From positions 1 through 64,000 of the forward strand of contig CAWVRN010000016.1 of assembly GCA_963932905.1 (NCBI GenBank): DNA of 64,000 nucleotides, read 5' to 3'. Both the position numbers and the translations under genes were made by a program. The stretch is from an uncultured Bdellovibrio sp. GTDB taxonomy: Bacteria; Bdellovibrionota; Bdellovibrionia; Bdellovibrionales; Bdellovibrionaceae. The notes under the pieces are model-generated. The model made no database searches, was not told the origin of the DNA, and saw only the letters and a program-made list of their open reading frames with translations. The number at the start of each line of letters is the position of its first letter. Positions within the stretch are counted from its first letter, which is position 1. Positions 20,271 through 29,578 of this stretch are shown in pieces.

Positions 20271-21446
20271 ATGCTATCTTGGGTACTTAAAGCCTTCATT
20301 TTGCTCACCCTTCCTCTTGCCAGTTTTGCCTCAGGTTCTGGTGGTGGTTCCAATAGCTGTTTTTATTTTTATCGACCCAAAATCTATACGGACAAAACAA
20401 CCTATGGCCTGCAGGCGTTTAAGCTGAATATCGATCGATTGAAAGTCCATTTTCAGAAGACCAAAAGCATGACGGACGACGAGAAAGTTAATCTCCTTCT
20501 CACTAGCGATGCTCGTGTCGTGTTTTTTCGCCTTCAAAGCCTAGCAAAAATTTACGAAAAAGCGTATGAACGCAAGTTCTTCACTAAACAAAGGGGCTTT
20601 TTTAAAAAATACGAAGACCTGATTGGTAGAGTAGATTTGTATCAAGGCCTTATTGGCGTTTCTACAAAACTAAAGCAGCCCCGCCTTATAAAATACTTTG
20701 AAAATAAAAAATCCGAAGCGGCCACTAATTTATTAAATGGCTTAATCGAAGCAAGACTGGCCCGCGATCCAAATGATCCAACGTCCAACGTTGACCCGGT
20801 CGACACATTGAATGAAGTCTACGAACATTTAGCTAAATTTGAGGATTGGAAGAGCGCTGAAAAAGACCTAGAAATGAATCTCAAGAATATAGTCAGCTAT
20901 GCACGCTCGTTACTTACAAAAATAAAAGCACGCGAATTTACTCAAGACGACATCGAGCTTGGATTGCATGATCTACGCCGCGGCTTGCGCTGGCCGTTGA
21001 TTCATATTCAGACTTTAAATCGTTTAACAGCATATGACGTTCGTTCTGATTTGCCTAAGGACGTACAAAGTTATTTTGAGTCTATGCAAGCGAGAAATCC
21101 CAAGATTTTAAAAAGTGGTTTCCTAAGTATGAAGGCTCCTGATATCAAACATCCTATGAGAGTCCCGCTATATCCGTATGCAATGCTAACTGATATAGTA
21201 GCTGAGATCGGCACAAAAAAAGACGGAGCTGAATCAGATATTTATATTACCCAAGCGATGCAAGAATTAGGCTTCGCCCAACGCACCCAAGCCAAAGTAC
21301 AAAAGGATCTTTTAAAAATGACAAATAGAACTGAGATTGTCGATCACAAATCATTAGCTGAGCAATACCAAGCAGATATAGACGCCTCTGGTTTACTAGA
21401 ATACTTCGCCAATCAGCTCGAGAAACTAAACGATATAGATAACTAA
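20271..21446 (+). CDS. Secreted protein (CxxFY motif) with CHAD-like domain
   Basis: Signal peptide, SCFYFY; KKYEDLIGRVD and LHDLRRGLRW resemble CHAD motifs. Confidence 0.6.
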   Translation: MLSWVLKAFILLTLPLASFASGSGGGSNSCFYFYRPKIYTDKTTYGLQAFKLNIDRLKVHFQKTKSMTDDEKVNLLLTSDARVVFFRLQSLAKIYEKAYERKFFTKQRGFFKKYEDLIGRVDLYQGLIGVSTKLKQPRLIKYFENKKSEAATNLLNGLIEARLARDPNDPTSNVDPVDTLNEVYEHLAKFEDWKSAEKDLEMNLKNIVSYARSLLTKIKAREFTQDDIELGLHDLRRGLRWPLIHIQTLNRLTAYDVRSDLPKDVQSYFESMQARNPKILKSGFLSMKAPDIKHPMRVPLYPYAMLTDIVAEIGTKKDGAESDIYITQAMQELGFAQRTQAKVQKDLLKMTNRTEIVDHKSLAEQYQADIDASGLLEYFANQLEKLNDIDN

Positions 21447-21528
21447 TTCTGTTGACCCGATTTTCATCACATGATTTGTTGATGCCCGCTTCGCAAGCAC
21501 GCGCAAGCATAAAAAATAGGGTTTTGAT

Positions 21529-22458
21529 ATGTCGTTTTTAAAGCTTTTAATTGCTGTCTGTTTAGCGCTTCCTGCTTTTTCTCGTACTTTAGGTGTCGAG
21601 AGTGATTCAGGAACAAAAGGTCCCGCTTACTCGGAGCTAGTAAAATACTTTGCCAGTCTTCCTCAAAAATATCCTGAATTTGTTCAAGTCAGTCAATACG
21701 GCAAAACTCCAGGTGGTCGCCCACTGGTCGTGATTAAAGTTTCCTATCCAAAACGTTATGTAAATCCGGCTGTAGTTCGCTCACGTGAGCAAACGCCAGC
21801 AATTTTAATCACTGGCACTACTCACGGTGACGAATACCTAGGAATTGAAGACCGTTTACCAGAGTGGTTTGCTAAAGAAGGCGTTAAAGATCCAACTATT
21901 GCTCCCTATTTCCAAGCGGGTGGGGCGATTTACTTGATCCCCATTTTCAATCCCGATGGTTACGATACTCGCCGTCGCGAAAATTCACGCGGCCAAGATT
22001 TAAATCGTGATTTCTCGGTTCGCCAAGCAAATTTCGTTGGTTTTAAAGAAGTTGAAACTCAAGCGGCTCGAGATATGTTGATCAACCAATTGCAAGTTAA
22101 TCAACAGCGATTGTTGATCTCTATGGATTACCATTGCTGCATTGGCGCGGCTCTCTACCCATGGTCTTTTGCTAAAGCTCCAGAATTACCAGGTGACTAT
22201 TTGGCTCTTTACAAAGCCTACGGCAAAATTATGCAGAACAACTTTGGGGCTGATTTCCGTGTTGGAAAAACTCCGGATGTGTTAGGCTATTCCGCGATAG
22301 GTACTAGCAAAGACTACTACTATGAAAATTATGGTTCGATGAGCTTCACTTTCGAAGGTGAATATCGAACAGAGAAAAACAAATTCCCACAGCACGTTCA
22401 AATGTGGAAAAATTTGATCCAGTATGGTCAATTGACTCGCGGACTTTTACGTCGATAG
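21529..22458 (+). CDS. Secreted M14 zinc carboxypeptidase
   Basis: HGDE, NPDG, RREN, DLNRDF, DYH, FTFE. Confidence 0.9.
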   Translation: MSFLKLLIAVCLALPAFSRTLGVESDSGTKGPAYSELVKYFASLPQKYPEFVQVSQYGKTPGGRPLVVIKVSYPKRYVNPAVVRSREQTPAILITGTTHGDEYLGIEDRLPEWFAKEGVKDPTIAPYFQAGGAIYLIPIFNPDGYDTRRRENSRGQDLNRDFSVRQANFVGFKEVETQAARDMLINQLQVNQQRLLISMDYHCCIGAALYPWSFAKAPELPGDYLALYKAYGKIMQNNFGADFRVGKTPDVLGYSAIGTSKDYYYENYGSMSFTFEGEYRTEKNKFPQHVQMWKNLIQYGQLTRGLLRR

Positions 22459-22490
22459 TACTTGAATTTAGTTTGCAATCATACAAATTG

Positions 22491-22520
22491 AAAAAGGCTG
22501 CCTTAAAAGCAGCTTTTTTT
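22491..22520. terminator. Bidirectional intrinsic terminator
   Basis: AAAAGGCTGC...GCAGCTTTTTTT between convergent genes. Confidence 0.7.
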
Positions 22521-23049
22521 ACACCCTGATCGATTCATCAAATGGAATGCGAAGTCGCTTAGAAAGCTCTCGTCCCATCATACGCAGTGGATAGAAATCT
22601 TCATCTTCGCAAATACCGTCGTAAGTCACGTTCATATAGGCATCCCAAAATGGATAACTGTCTTTCACAAGGCTAACTTTAGAGCCATCAAAATTACCGG
22701 CGATGATACCATATGAAATCAATCCTGTTTTTCCTAGCCATAACTCTTTTGGAGTTTTTAAACTCTGACCGCGTTTTCTAAACAGGGTAATTTCGCCTGT
22801 GGATTCTAATTTAAGGTAAATTCCGCTTGGTTTCCAAATCTCGAAAGAGGCATTGTCCGTTGTCCACGCCCAAGTCCATGAATATGAAGATCCTTGATTA
22901 TCAAATTCGCCAACTCGAACACCTGGAGACAAAACCTCTAGATTATCATCCGAATCGGTCTGCAGGTAACTTGCTACAATTTTCAGCCCATCATCTGAAA
23001 CTTTTAATCGCAAAATTTTTGAAAGTGATTTAAAAAAATACTCTTTCAA
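22519..23049 (-). CDS. Hypothetical protein
   Basis: 176-aa ORF, TTG start. Confidence 0.55.
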   Translation of the reverse strand: MKEYFFKSLSKILRLKVSDDGLKIVASYLQTDSDDNLEVLSPGVRVGEFDNQGSSYSWTWAWTTDNASFEIWKPSGIYLKLESTGEITLFRKRGQSLKTPKELWLGKTGLISYGIIAGNFDGSKVSLVKDSYPFWDAYMNVTYDGICEDEDFYPLRMMGRELSKRLRIPFDESIRV

Positions 23050-23200
23050 CTAACAAGTCCCCATACATTCAATACTTTTGAAATGGACTTTATGATTTTT
23101 TTCATAATCCAAAGTCTAAACTTCCGTTACTTAAAAAACAAGAGTTCAAACTAGCAATGACTTTGCATTCAGTTTTGTATTTGGTTTTGTATTGAAACGA

Positions 23201-23238
23201 AAAAAAATCCCACAGCCTTTATACTGTGGGATTCAAAA
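23201..23238 (-). terminator. Intrinsic terminator
   Basis: AATCCCACAG/CTGTGGGATT stem with A-tract downstream of M14 gene. Confidence 0.7.
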
Positions 23239-23260
23239 ATTCTCATTCAGTTTCTGAAAA

Positions 23261-24721
23261 TTAAAAGGAAACTACTTGAGTTTGTGGCTGACCAGCCATT
23301 TGAACCTGGATTTGTTTCGCACGCCCGTCTGCTAACTTAATCTCTAATGTGTAAGTACCTGGATCTAACACTTTAAAGAAATTTCCAGCGGCATTTGTTT
23401 TCATCGGTTTCTCACCTTTGTTTTTAATAATGCCAGAAATAGAAATTGTCGCCTCCAAAGGCTGGAAACGCGCTGCTGACACAACTTTTAGGCTTAGCAT
23501 GTTTTGACTCATACGTTGGATAAAGTAGGACCACGCTTTTCTATGCTTAACTAATGTTGGTTCACGAACAGCATAGTCAGGTTGGAAACTTTGATTGACT
23601 TCGAATGTAAATGCCAAAGCCCCAAATTCGCCATGCATGAAACCCATGGAATCACCATCCACCGAATACAAAAGTTTCCAAGGGGTGCCTGCTGTGTAAG
23701 TACCTTTATTGCTGTCTGAAGGTAACATTTGAGCTAACTCGCCACCAATTTTTTGATGTAGTGCATTTTCGCCTGTAAAGGCACCTTGGCAACCATACGG
23801 GTACAAAACCAACTCACTGTAGGAATGATAACTTAGGGAAGCCGTTGGGTAAGTCATGTATCCTAATTTCATCAATGCTTGAGTTTCTGGTTCACTACCT
23901 GCAGAAGCACCACGATAAGTATCTGATGATGGACTGCCCGATGATCCGCTACATGCGTTCCATGCAAATGTATAGTTACGATTTAAATCCACACCGTGAA
24001 CGTTTGAACCATTCGCGCGTGCATTTTTTCTCCACCAGGTATCAGATGTCCATACGATATTATTTCCATCGACGTTCAACATTGGAACAATCCAAATATT
24101 CCAAGCATCTAGCAATTGATTCCACTGTGAGTTCGTACGTCTCACTGACAAAATTACATCGGCCACATCCATAACGATTTCTGAGGTCATGACCTCGCGG
24201 GCGTGGTGCATACCGTCGATAATCAACGTCGGTTTGTTGAAGTAAGACGAATCGTTTCGTTTCGCCGCTTTAGATAATAACAACGCATAGATGGGACGAC
24301 CTTGATTCGATTTTCCGATAGTTTCCAATCGAGTATGGTTGGGAAATTGAGCCGCGATCTTTTTAAGTTTCTCTTCTACTTTTTGTGGATTTAGATAACG
24401 AGGATCTAACTTATCCGATGATTCTAACCCTGGACGATGCGTGTTCTTCACCGTGAATGGAACACGATATTGAGTTAATCGATCAATACCCGCTTGGTCC
24501 GTGATTACTTCGATCTTTCCTTCTTGCCATTTAACGCCGGCAATATCGTAATCATTTTTTTTCAACCAAGCCATGTAGCTTTGTATCTGCTGAAAATTCA
24601 GAGGGCTTTGTACATAAACTTGATAGTGATTGGTTGAAAGCCTAGGTTGGACTTGAGCTTCCGTGGTGAACGCGACTGACAAGCATAATGCTATCCCAGC
24701 CAGCAAACCTTTCTTAAACAT
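23261..24721 (-). CDS. Secreted M14 carboxypeptidase T-like enzyme with C-terminal beta-sandwich
   Basis: HHARE, NVDG, WRKN, GVDLNRNY, SEPET, YHSYS, FTFE. Confidence 0.92.
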   Translation of the reverse strand: MFKKGLLAGIALCLSVAFTTEAQVQPRLSTNHYQVYVQSPLNFQQIQSYMAWLKKNDYDIAGVKWQEGKIEVITDQAGIDRLTQYRVPFTVKNTHRPGLESSDKLDPRYLNPQKVEEKLKKIAAQFPNHTRLETIGKSNQGRPIYALLLSKAAKRNDSSYFNKPTLIIDGMHHAREVMTSEIVMDVADVILSVRRTNSQWNQLLDAWNIWIVPMLNVDGNNIVWTSDTWWRKNARANGSNVHGVDLNRNYTFAWNACSGSSGSPSSDTYRGASAGSEPETQALMKLGYMTYPTASLSYHSYSELVLYPYGCQGAFTGENALHQKIGGELAQMLPSDSNKGTYTAGTPWKLLYSVDGDSMGFMHGEFGALAFTFEVNQSFQPDYAVREPTLVKHRKAWSYFIQRMSQNMLSLKVVSAARFQPLEATISISGIIKNKGEKPMKTNAAGNFFKVLDPGTYTLEIKLADGRAKQIQVQMAGQPQTQVVSF

Positions 24722-24947
24722 AAAACATCCTTTGTCTATTGATTGAAAGTGATATTATTCAATCGCAGCTTTTGACCAAGGTCTAGGGAAAATGTTTAGG
24801 GCTCTAAGGAATAGTTATAGATGACCGAAAGTTTTATAAGGAAAGTTTATCGAAACGATAAGGTCAGCGGAAGAAAGTCTGACTTCCTTCCGCTTAACTA
24901 AATGAATTCACAAAATCTGATGAGAAAAATTCAGTGATGGACTGACA

Positions 24948-25754
24948 TTAGAACTTACGAACTAGACCAACGACTATACCTTTAATGGTCACTTGCTCCG
25001 GATCGTAGAAGAATGACTTCAATTTACTGTTCGAGGGACGAAGTTCAATTTTTTGTTTTTCGTTAAGATTTGATTTGGATTTATAGTAGATTCTCTTAAC
25101 AGTCGCCTCGTTATCCACAGAAGCCACAATGATATCCCCATTCTTTGCATGACTCTGCTCTTGCACAAGGATGAAGTCGCTATCATTGATCCCTTCTTCG
25201 ATCATAGAATCACCTTCGACTTTAACAATAAATGTTGTCTCTGGTTGTTTCACCAATAATGGAATCACATCCAAAGTTTCGTTTTCCAATTGTCTTTCAA
25301 TGGGATTGCCGGCTGCTACGCGACCCAAATACGGGAATTCACCAACAGACGTTCTATTTGAAAAATGGGGAGAGGACAGAACTTCCTTTTGAGTTTTCAA
25401 ATTCGAAACCGTGGGCAACGGTTTCGACAAGTTCTGGAGGAGCTTGGTTTGTGAATCACTAGGAAATTCTGTCTTCTGCAAAATTTTATCTTTAAAAAAA
25501 TCTGATGTTTGCAAAATTTCGATACAGCGCTTTTGTCCAGGGAACAAGCGCAGGTAACTTTTGTTCTGCAATTGCTTTAAGTAATTCTGTACAGAATTAA
25601 ATGAAGCTAAGCCAAAGTGTTCTTTGATTTCTTGATAAGAAGGGCTGTGACCGTTTTCAAGAAAGTAAGCAGTTACAAAATCTAAAACACCCTTCTCTTT
25701 CGGAGAAAGGGGTTTTAGGTTTTGTGGGAGGGGTGGTGTGTGTGTCTTAGTCAT
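24948..25754 (-). CDS. lexA: SOS repressor LexA (with extended linker)
   Basis: PSYQEI winged HTH, GRVAAG cleavage site, VEGDSM, TVKR. Confidence 0.95.
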   Translation of the reverse strand: MTKTHTPPLPQNLKPLSPKEKGVLDFVTAYFLENGHSPSYQEIKEHFGLASFNSVQNYLKQLQNKSYLRLFPGQKRCIEILQTSDFFKDKILQKTEFPSDSQTKLLQNLSKPLPTVSNLKTQKEVLSSPHFSNRTSVGEFPYLGRVAAGNPIERQLENETLDVIPLLVKQPETTFIVKVEGDSMIEEGINDSDFILVQEQSHAKNGDIIVASVDNEATVKRIYYKSKSNLNEKQKIELRPSNSKLKSFFYDPEQVTIKGIVVGLVRKF

Positions 25755-25794
25755 ATTTACACTTAATTTACACTGTAGAGTCTGTGTAAGTCAA
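25755..25794 (-). promoter_or_regulatory. lexA promoter and putative autoregulatory LexA box
   Basis: TTGACT-18-TAAATT on minus strand; imperfect palindrome TTAC-ACT-GTAG and tandem ATTTACACT repeats. Confidence 0.65.
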
Positions 25795-25818
25795 CCCTCT
25801 GTATTCGTCTCTCTTTAA

Positions 25819-25843
25819 AAAACTAGCCACTGGTCGTGGCTAT
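25819..25843 (-). terminator. Intrinsic terminator after small lipoprotein gene
   Basis: TAGCCAC-N5-GTGGCTA stem with T-tract on minus strand. Confidence 0.65.
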
Positions 25844-25851
25844 TATAAAAC

Positions 25852-26016
25852 TTAGTTTTCCGTTTTAAATTCATTAGTTAGAGCAGCCTTAGCCGCAGGT
25901 TTATCTTGTGACGCAAGCCATTCGGACGATGGTCGAGAGCAATTTTGAAAGGAAACAATAAGAAACGGATTCACAACTACAAACAACGTAAACAAACGTA
26001 CTGATTTGCCTAACAT
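25852..26016 (-). CDS. Small lipoprotein, 54 aa (not in ORF track)
   Basis: AAGGAGG RBS; MLGKSVRLFTLFVVVNPFLIVSFQNCSRPSS...KTEN*; FQNC lipobox; own terminator. Confidence 0.75.
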   Translation of the reverse strand: MLGKSVRLFTLFVVVNPFLIVSFQNCSRPSSEWLASQDKPAAKAALTNEFKTEN

Positions 26017-26125
26017 GCATCCTCCTTAGGGATCTATCAAGTGTAAATCAATGTCGTAAAAATCACCCAGTGGACTTTTTTTTCTTATCAAAATAGGACA
26101 AAACAGGCTTATAATAAGGCTTCAG

Positions 26126-27049
26126 ATGAAATTCACCGACTCAAAAATATTCAAACAATCGTTTTTTACTTTTTTTTTATTGGCCTCATCATTTTGTTTA
26201 GCTGACGTGGAAACTCAAAGCCCAAGCAGCGCTAACGCTGCGGCTGCGACCGAAGCCGAAACAAAAATCGAGACATCAACGACAGCGACGCCACCAAATA
26301 TGGCTGATATTTGCGTGCAAAGCCTGAAGGCATTTCCTGGCGATTCAAATTCAAAACTGTTAGTAGAGGCTTGCAAAAAAGCGATGGTTCTTGAAGGCTG
26401 CAAAAGCAATGAAGGTGTTCCAATATATCACTACGACCACGCCGGGAAAGATAAGTCCCCTAAAAAGATTTTAGCTTTCTCGCTGATTCACGGAGACGAA
26501 ACTCATGCTGGGACCGTAGGACGCTACTGGATGGAACGTTTAGAGGAAATTGAACCGCGCAATGATTGGCGAGTCGTTCCCGTATTAAATCCCGACGGCG
26601 TAAAAGAGAAAACCAGGTACAATGCGAACAAAATTGATTTAAATAGAAACTTTCCAACTAAAGATTGGGATGAACTAGCTCAAAAGTATTGGAAACTTCA
26701 TGCGCAAAGTTCACCTCGTCGATTCCCCGGCGAGCAATCTGGTAGCGAGCCAGAAACTAAATGTGCACTCAAGCATATCGAAGATTACAAGCCTGATTTT
26801 ATTATTTCGATCCACACACCGCTGAATGTTTTGGATTTCGACGGACCCAAAGTTCCCGCACCTCGCTATAACTATTTGCCGTGGAAATCACTAGGACACT
26901 TCCCCGGCAGCCTTGGACGCTATATGTGGTATGAGCGCAGTGTTCCTGTTTTGACGATGGAATTGAAAAATTCACTACCAAAAAACAATAGTCCATTCGA
27001 GACCCTTCAGGATTTAATCGGAACCCTGGTTAAATACGACATGAAGTAA
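26126..27049 (+). CDS. Secreted M14 murein peptide amidase A-like peptidase
   Basis: IHGDE, NPDG, DLNRNFP, SEPET, SIH, PGSLG, LTMEL. Confidence 0.85.
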   Translation: MKFTDSKIFKQSFFTFFLLASSFCLADVETQSPSSANAAAATEAETKIETSTTATPPNMADICVQSLKAFPGDSNSKLLVEACKKAMVLEGCKSNEGVPIYHYDHAGKDKSPKKILAFSLIHGDETHAGTVGRYWMERLEEIEPRNDWRVVPVLNPDGVKEKTRYNANKIDLNRNFPTKDWDELAQKYWKLHAQSSPRRFPGEQSGSEPETKCALKHIEDYKPDFIISIHTPLNVLDFDGPKVPAPRYNYLPWKSLGHFPGSLGRYMWYERSVPVLTMELKNSLPKNNSPFETLQDLIGTLVKYDMK

Positions 27050-27056
27050 AGCTAGG

Positions 27057-27626
27057 ATGCGATCAAATCAGAACTATCTAAATAAAAATCTTGGTCGCAA
27101 TGTTAAGGATCTGCTGGTTAAATCTCTAATTTTTTTTCCTGATATGACAGCCAAGCATGCCATCGATTTAGGTTGTGGTCTTGGCATTGAAACAGGGTAT
27201 TTAACAGCACGCCCAGAATGGTCTGTATTGGCAATCGATAGCGACTCTGACTTGCTGACTCTCGCCGAGAAACAGACCTTAAAAAGCGATCGAGTGACGT
27301 TTTTAAATTCTACTTTTGAAGATCTTAAGTCATTACCCGCTTGTGACTTACTTTATAGTTATCATAGTTTACATTTTATTGATTTTGACCACTATGAGCG
27401 CATGTGGAATTTAATGTTATCTGCAATCAAACCAGGTGGCGTGATTGCATTGAGTGTATTCGGCCCCGAAGATTCCCTGGTTACCAAAAAACATGCGATC
27501 GGAATTTCGGAACCGGAGTTACGAAATAGACTCAAAAATTTTAAAATCGAGTACTTTGAAAAAGTACGAAAAAAATTTGCCGAAACGGTAAACTACTTTG
27601 AAGTTATTGGAATCAAAAAGGAATAA
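27057..27626 (+). CDS. Class I SAM-dependent methyltransferase
   Basis: IDLGCGLG, IKPGG. Confidence 0.85.
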   Translation: MRSNQNYLNKNLGRNVKDLLVKSLIFFPDMTAKHAIDLGCGLGIETGYLTARPEWSVLAIDSDSDLLTLAEKQTLKSDRVTFLNSTFEDLKSLPACDLLYSYHSLHFIDFDHYERMWNLMLSAIKPGGVIALSVFGPEDSLVTKKHAIGISEPELRNRLKNFKIEYFEKVRKKFAETVNYFEVIGIKKE

Positions 27627-27664
27627 TCGGTCATAGGACTTTGGGCCAATTTACATAGCACCGC

Positions 27665-27693
27665 TTGATTTACATATAATTTACATATACGAT
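27665..27693 (+). promoter_or_regulatory. Sigma70-type promoter overlapped by ATTTACATA repeats
   Basis: TTGATT-17 bp-TACGAT; repeats at 27649, 27668, 27679. Confidence 0.6.
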
Positions 27694-27717
27694 GATTTGT
27701 ATAGGAAAGGAGTCCTC

Positions 27718-27828
27718 ATGCAAACCATCAACAACCTTGTCGCCCTTAACAAGCAACCCCATAAAGGAGAGTTTAACTATTTAATTCTGATTTACATACT
27801 GTTAACTATGGTGAATTTCATCATCTAG
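27718..27828 (+). CDS. 36-aa small membrane peptide (not in ORF track)
   Basis: AAGGAG RBS; MQTINNLVALNKQPHKGEFNYLILIYILLTMVNFII*; C-terminal hydrophobic helix. Confidence 0.6.
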   Translation: MQTINNLVALNKQPHKGEFNYLILIYILLTMVNFII

Positions 27829-27884
27829 ATTTTAGACTAAGACGACTACTCACCCACCTGTCTTGAGCACCTTTAAAAACCCTT

Positions 27885-28940
27885 TTAAAGTTTTGTATGG
27901 GCGGCGGCTTCCGAAGTCATCTTTGGAATAAGTTCCACGCCCACTTGCAATAACAACGGTCCTAGTAATAATCCTGGCAATCCAAAAACAATAATCGCAC
28001 CGATAATACCCAGCAAGGCCACAAATGGGTGCACCCCTTCTTCATCTCCTGAAAATACATACGGTTTGATTATATTGTCGATACTGCCCGCGATGATCGT
28101 AACTACGATCAAGCCAATCGCATTACCATTTTGCTGCATCATTAATGAGCCTAACGCTAAAACGAAACTAACTGGCGCGGCCCCAATAACAGGAATGAAC
28201 GATAGCAAAAATGTGATAATAAAGATCAAAAGAAATTCGTGGTAACCAAATATTGCAGCTCCCGTCGCTACAATAAATGCTTGCAACATACCAATCAGAA
28301 ATGTCGATATCAAAGTCATGTAACAATTCTTCTTCAAACAGTCGATGATTTCATCCAGTTCTTCTTGAGGTAATATTTTTATGTTTAGGAAGAAACCGCG
28401 AATTCGAGTCGCGTGACTGACAAAAACAATCAGCATTCCAAAGAATACAGCCAATGCCAAGCCCAGGTCAGGAATTCCACTCAAAAACGCCGTAGTTTTT
28501 TCCACGACAACCGGCGATATTTTGGCAATAATCTCGTCTTTATTTGGTAAGATGTCGGGATCCAAATTTATCGCGTGTAAAACCTCATTAATCGAAGCGA
28601 ATGCTTTATCCCAAACAGCATTTAAGCTTTGGAACAATTGCGAATTTTTTGTTCCCTGTGAGGTAAACTCTTGCAGCAGTCGCACGACTTTCACACCTAC
28701 AAATACAAACGGAATAATTAGAAAAAATACGCTGAAAACCAAAAGATATAATGGAAAAAATTTCTTCTGTCTGCGGCTAGAGCCGATTTTTTCCCAAATT
28801 GGTTCTAATCCAAACGCGAAAAACATAGCTAACAACATGGGAACAAAGAAAGGCATGAAGATAATTACGAATGGAATGGCAATAGCACTGAGTACTGCAA
28901 TTCTGGCCACATTATGTCGGTAATTTAGATTCTTAAACAT
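27885..28940 (-). CDS. AI-2E family transporter
   Basis: Polytopic; SFIPVIG, IDNIIKP, FGLPGLLLGP. Confidence 0.9.
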   Translation of the reverse strand: MFKNLNYRHNVARIAVLSAIAIPFVIIFMPFFVPMLLAMFFAFGLEPIWEKIGSSRRQKKFFPLYLLVFSVFFLIIPFVFVGVKVVRLLQEFTSQGTKNSQLFQSLNAVWDKAFASINEVLHAINLDPDILPNKDEIIAKISPVVVEKTTAFLSGIPDLGLALAVFFGMLIVFVSHATRIRGFFLNIKILPQEELDEIIDCLKKNCYMTLISTFLIGMLQAFIVATGAAIFGYHEFLLIFIITFLLSFIPVIGAAPVSFVLALGSLMMQQNGNAIGLIVVTIIAGSIDNIIKPYVFSGDEEGVHPFVALLGIIGAIIVFGLPGLLLGPLLLQVGVELIPKMTSEAAAHTKL

Positions 28941-28972
28941 GGGTCCACACTATTTCTTAGTGTGGACTATGT

Positions 28973-29434
28973 CTAGTGTTTAAACTGATTTTGCAATGCT
29001 TGATTAATCTCGTCGATACGATCTTTTTTGCTGATCACTTCATTTTGAATTTCATCAAGTCGATTTAGCAATTTTTCTTTTGCTAAACGAATCGCTTCAT
29101 AAATATTTTCATGATGCGCTTCCTGTTGGATACTAGAATCCCCATCTTTGAGGCGAATTGCCACACGATGAAGTAGTGCTAACTGACTTGTTGACCGACC
29201 TTGCCCTTTCAGTTCCAATTCCATCGCTAGCTTTTGTGGATCTTTAGCAATGACGGCTGCGACTGTAGTGGGAGTCACGTAAGGCTGAAATTCCGCTATT
29301 TGCTGATAAACGAACGATTTTAAATCTGGATCATCCTGAATCAGTTTTTCTGTTCGCGCTGCTCCACTATTTTCAGCTTTTTTTCTTTTCTTCCTGAAAA
29401 GGGAGAGTGGATCTTTAGCTTTACGTTTTGCCAT
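28973..29434 (-). CDS. HPF/RaiA-like protein with basic N-terminal extension
   Basis: ENIYEAIRLAKEKL resembles HPF DxYxAID helix; Lys/Arg-rich N-terminus. Confidence 0.5.
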   Translation of the reverse strand: MAKRKAKDPLSLFRKKRKKAENSGAARTEKLIQDDPDLKSFVYQQIAEFQPYVTPTTVAAVIAKDPQKLAMELELKGQGRSTSQLALLHRVAIRLKDGDSSIQQEAHHENIYEAIRLAKEKLLNRLDEIQNEVISKKDRIDEINQALQNQFKH

Positions 29435-29578
29435 AGCGCCTCCTCCTAACTCTAGAATACCATGGCTTTGCTGGAAATTATCATTGTCTAGACTTTTAAT
29501 TTGTACGACTTTATATTCGTCGTGACAGTCTCATTATGAGGCTATAAATTTGTTTTGGCTTACCAAGAAAGGACCTTT

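Noticed and set aside
25887..25899. 13-bp match to the 4465 element end
   Set aside because: Short, inside a coding region and lacking the rest of the repeat
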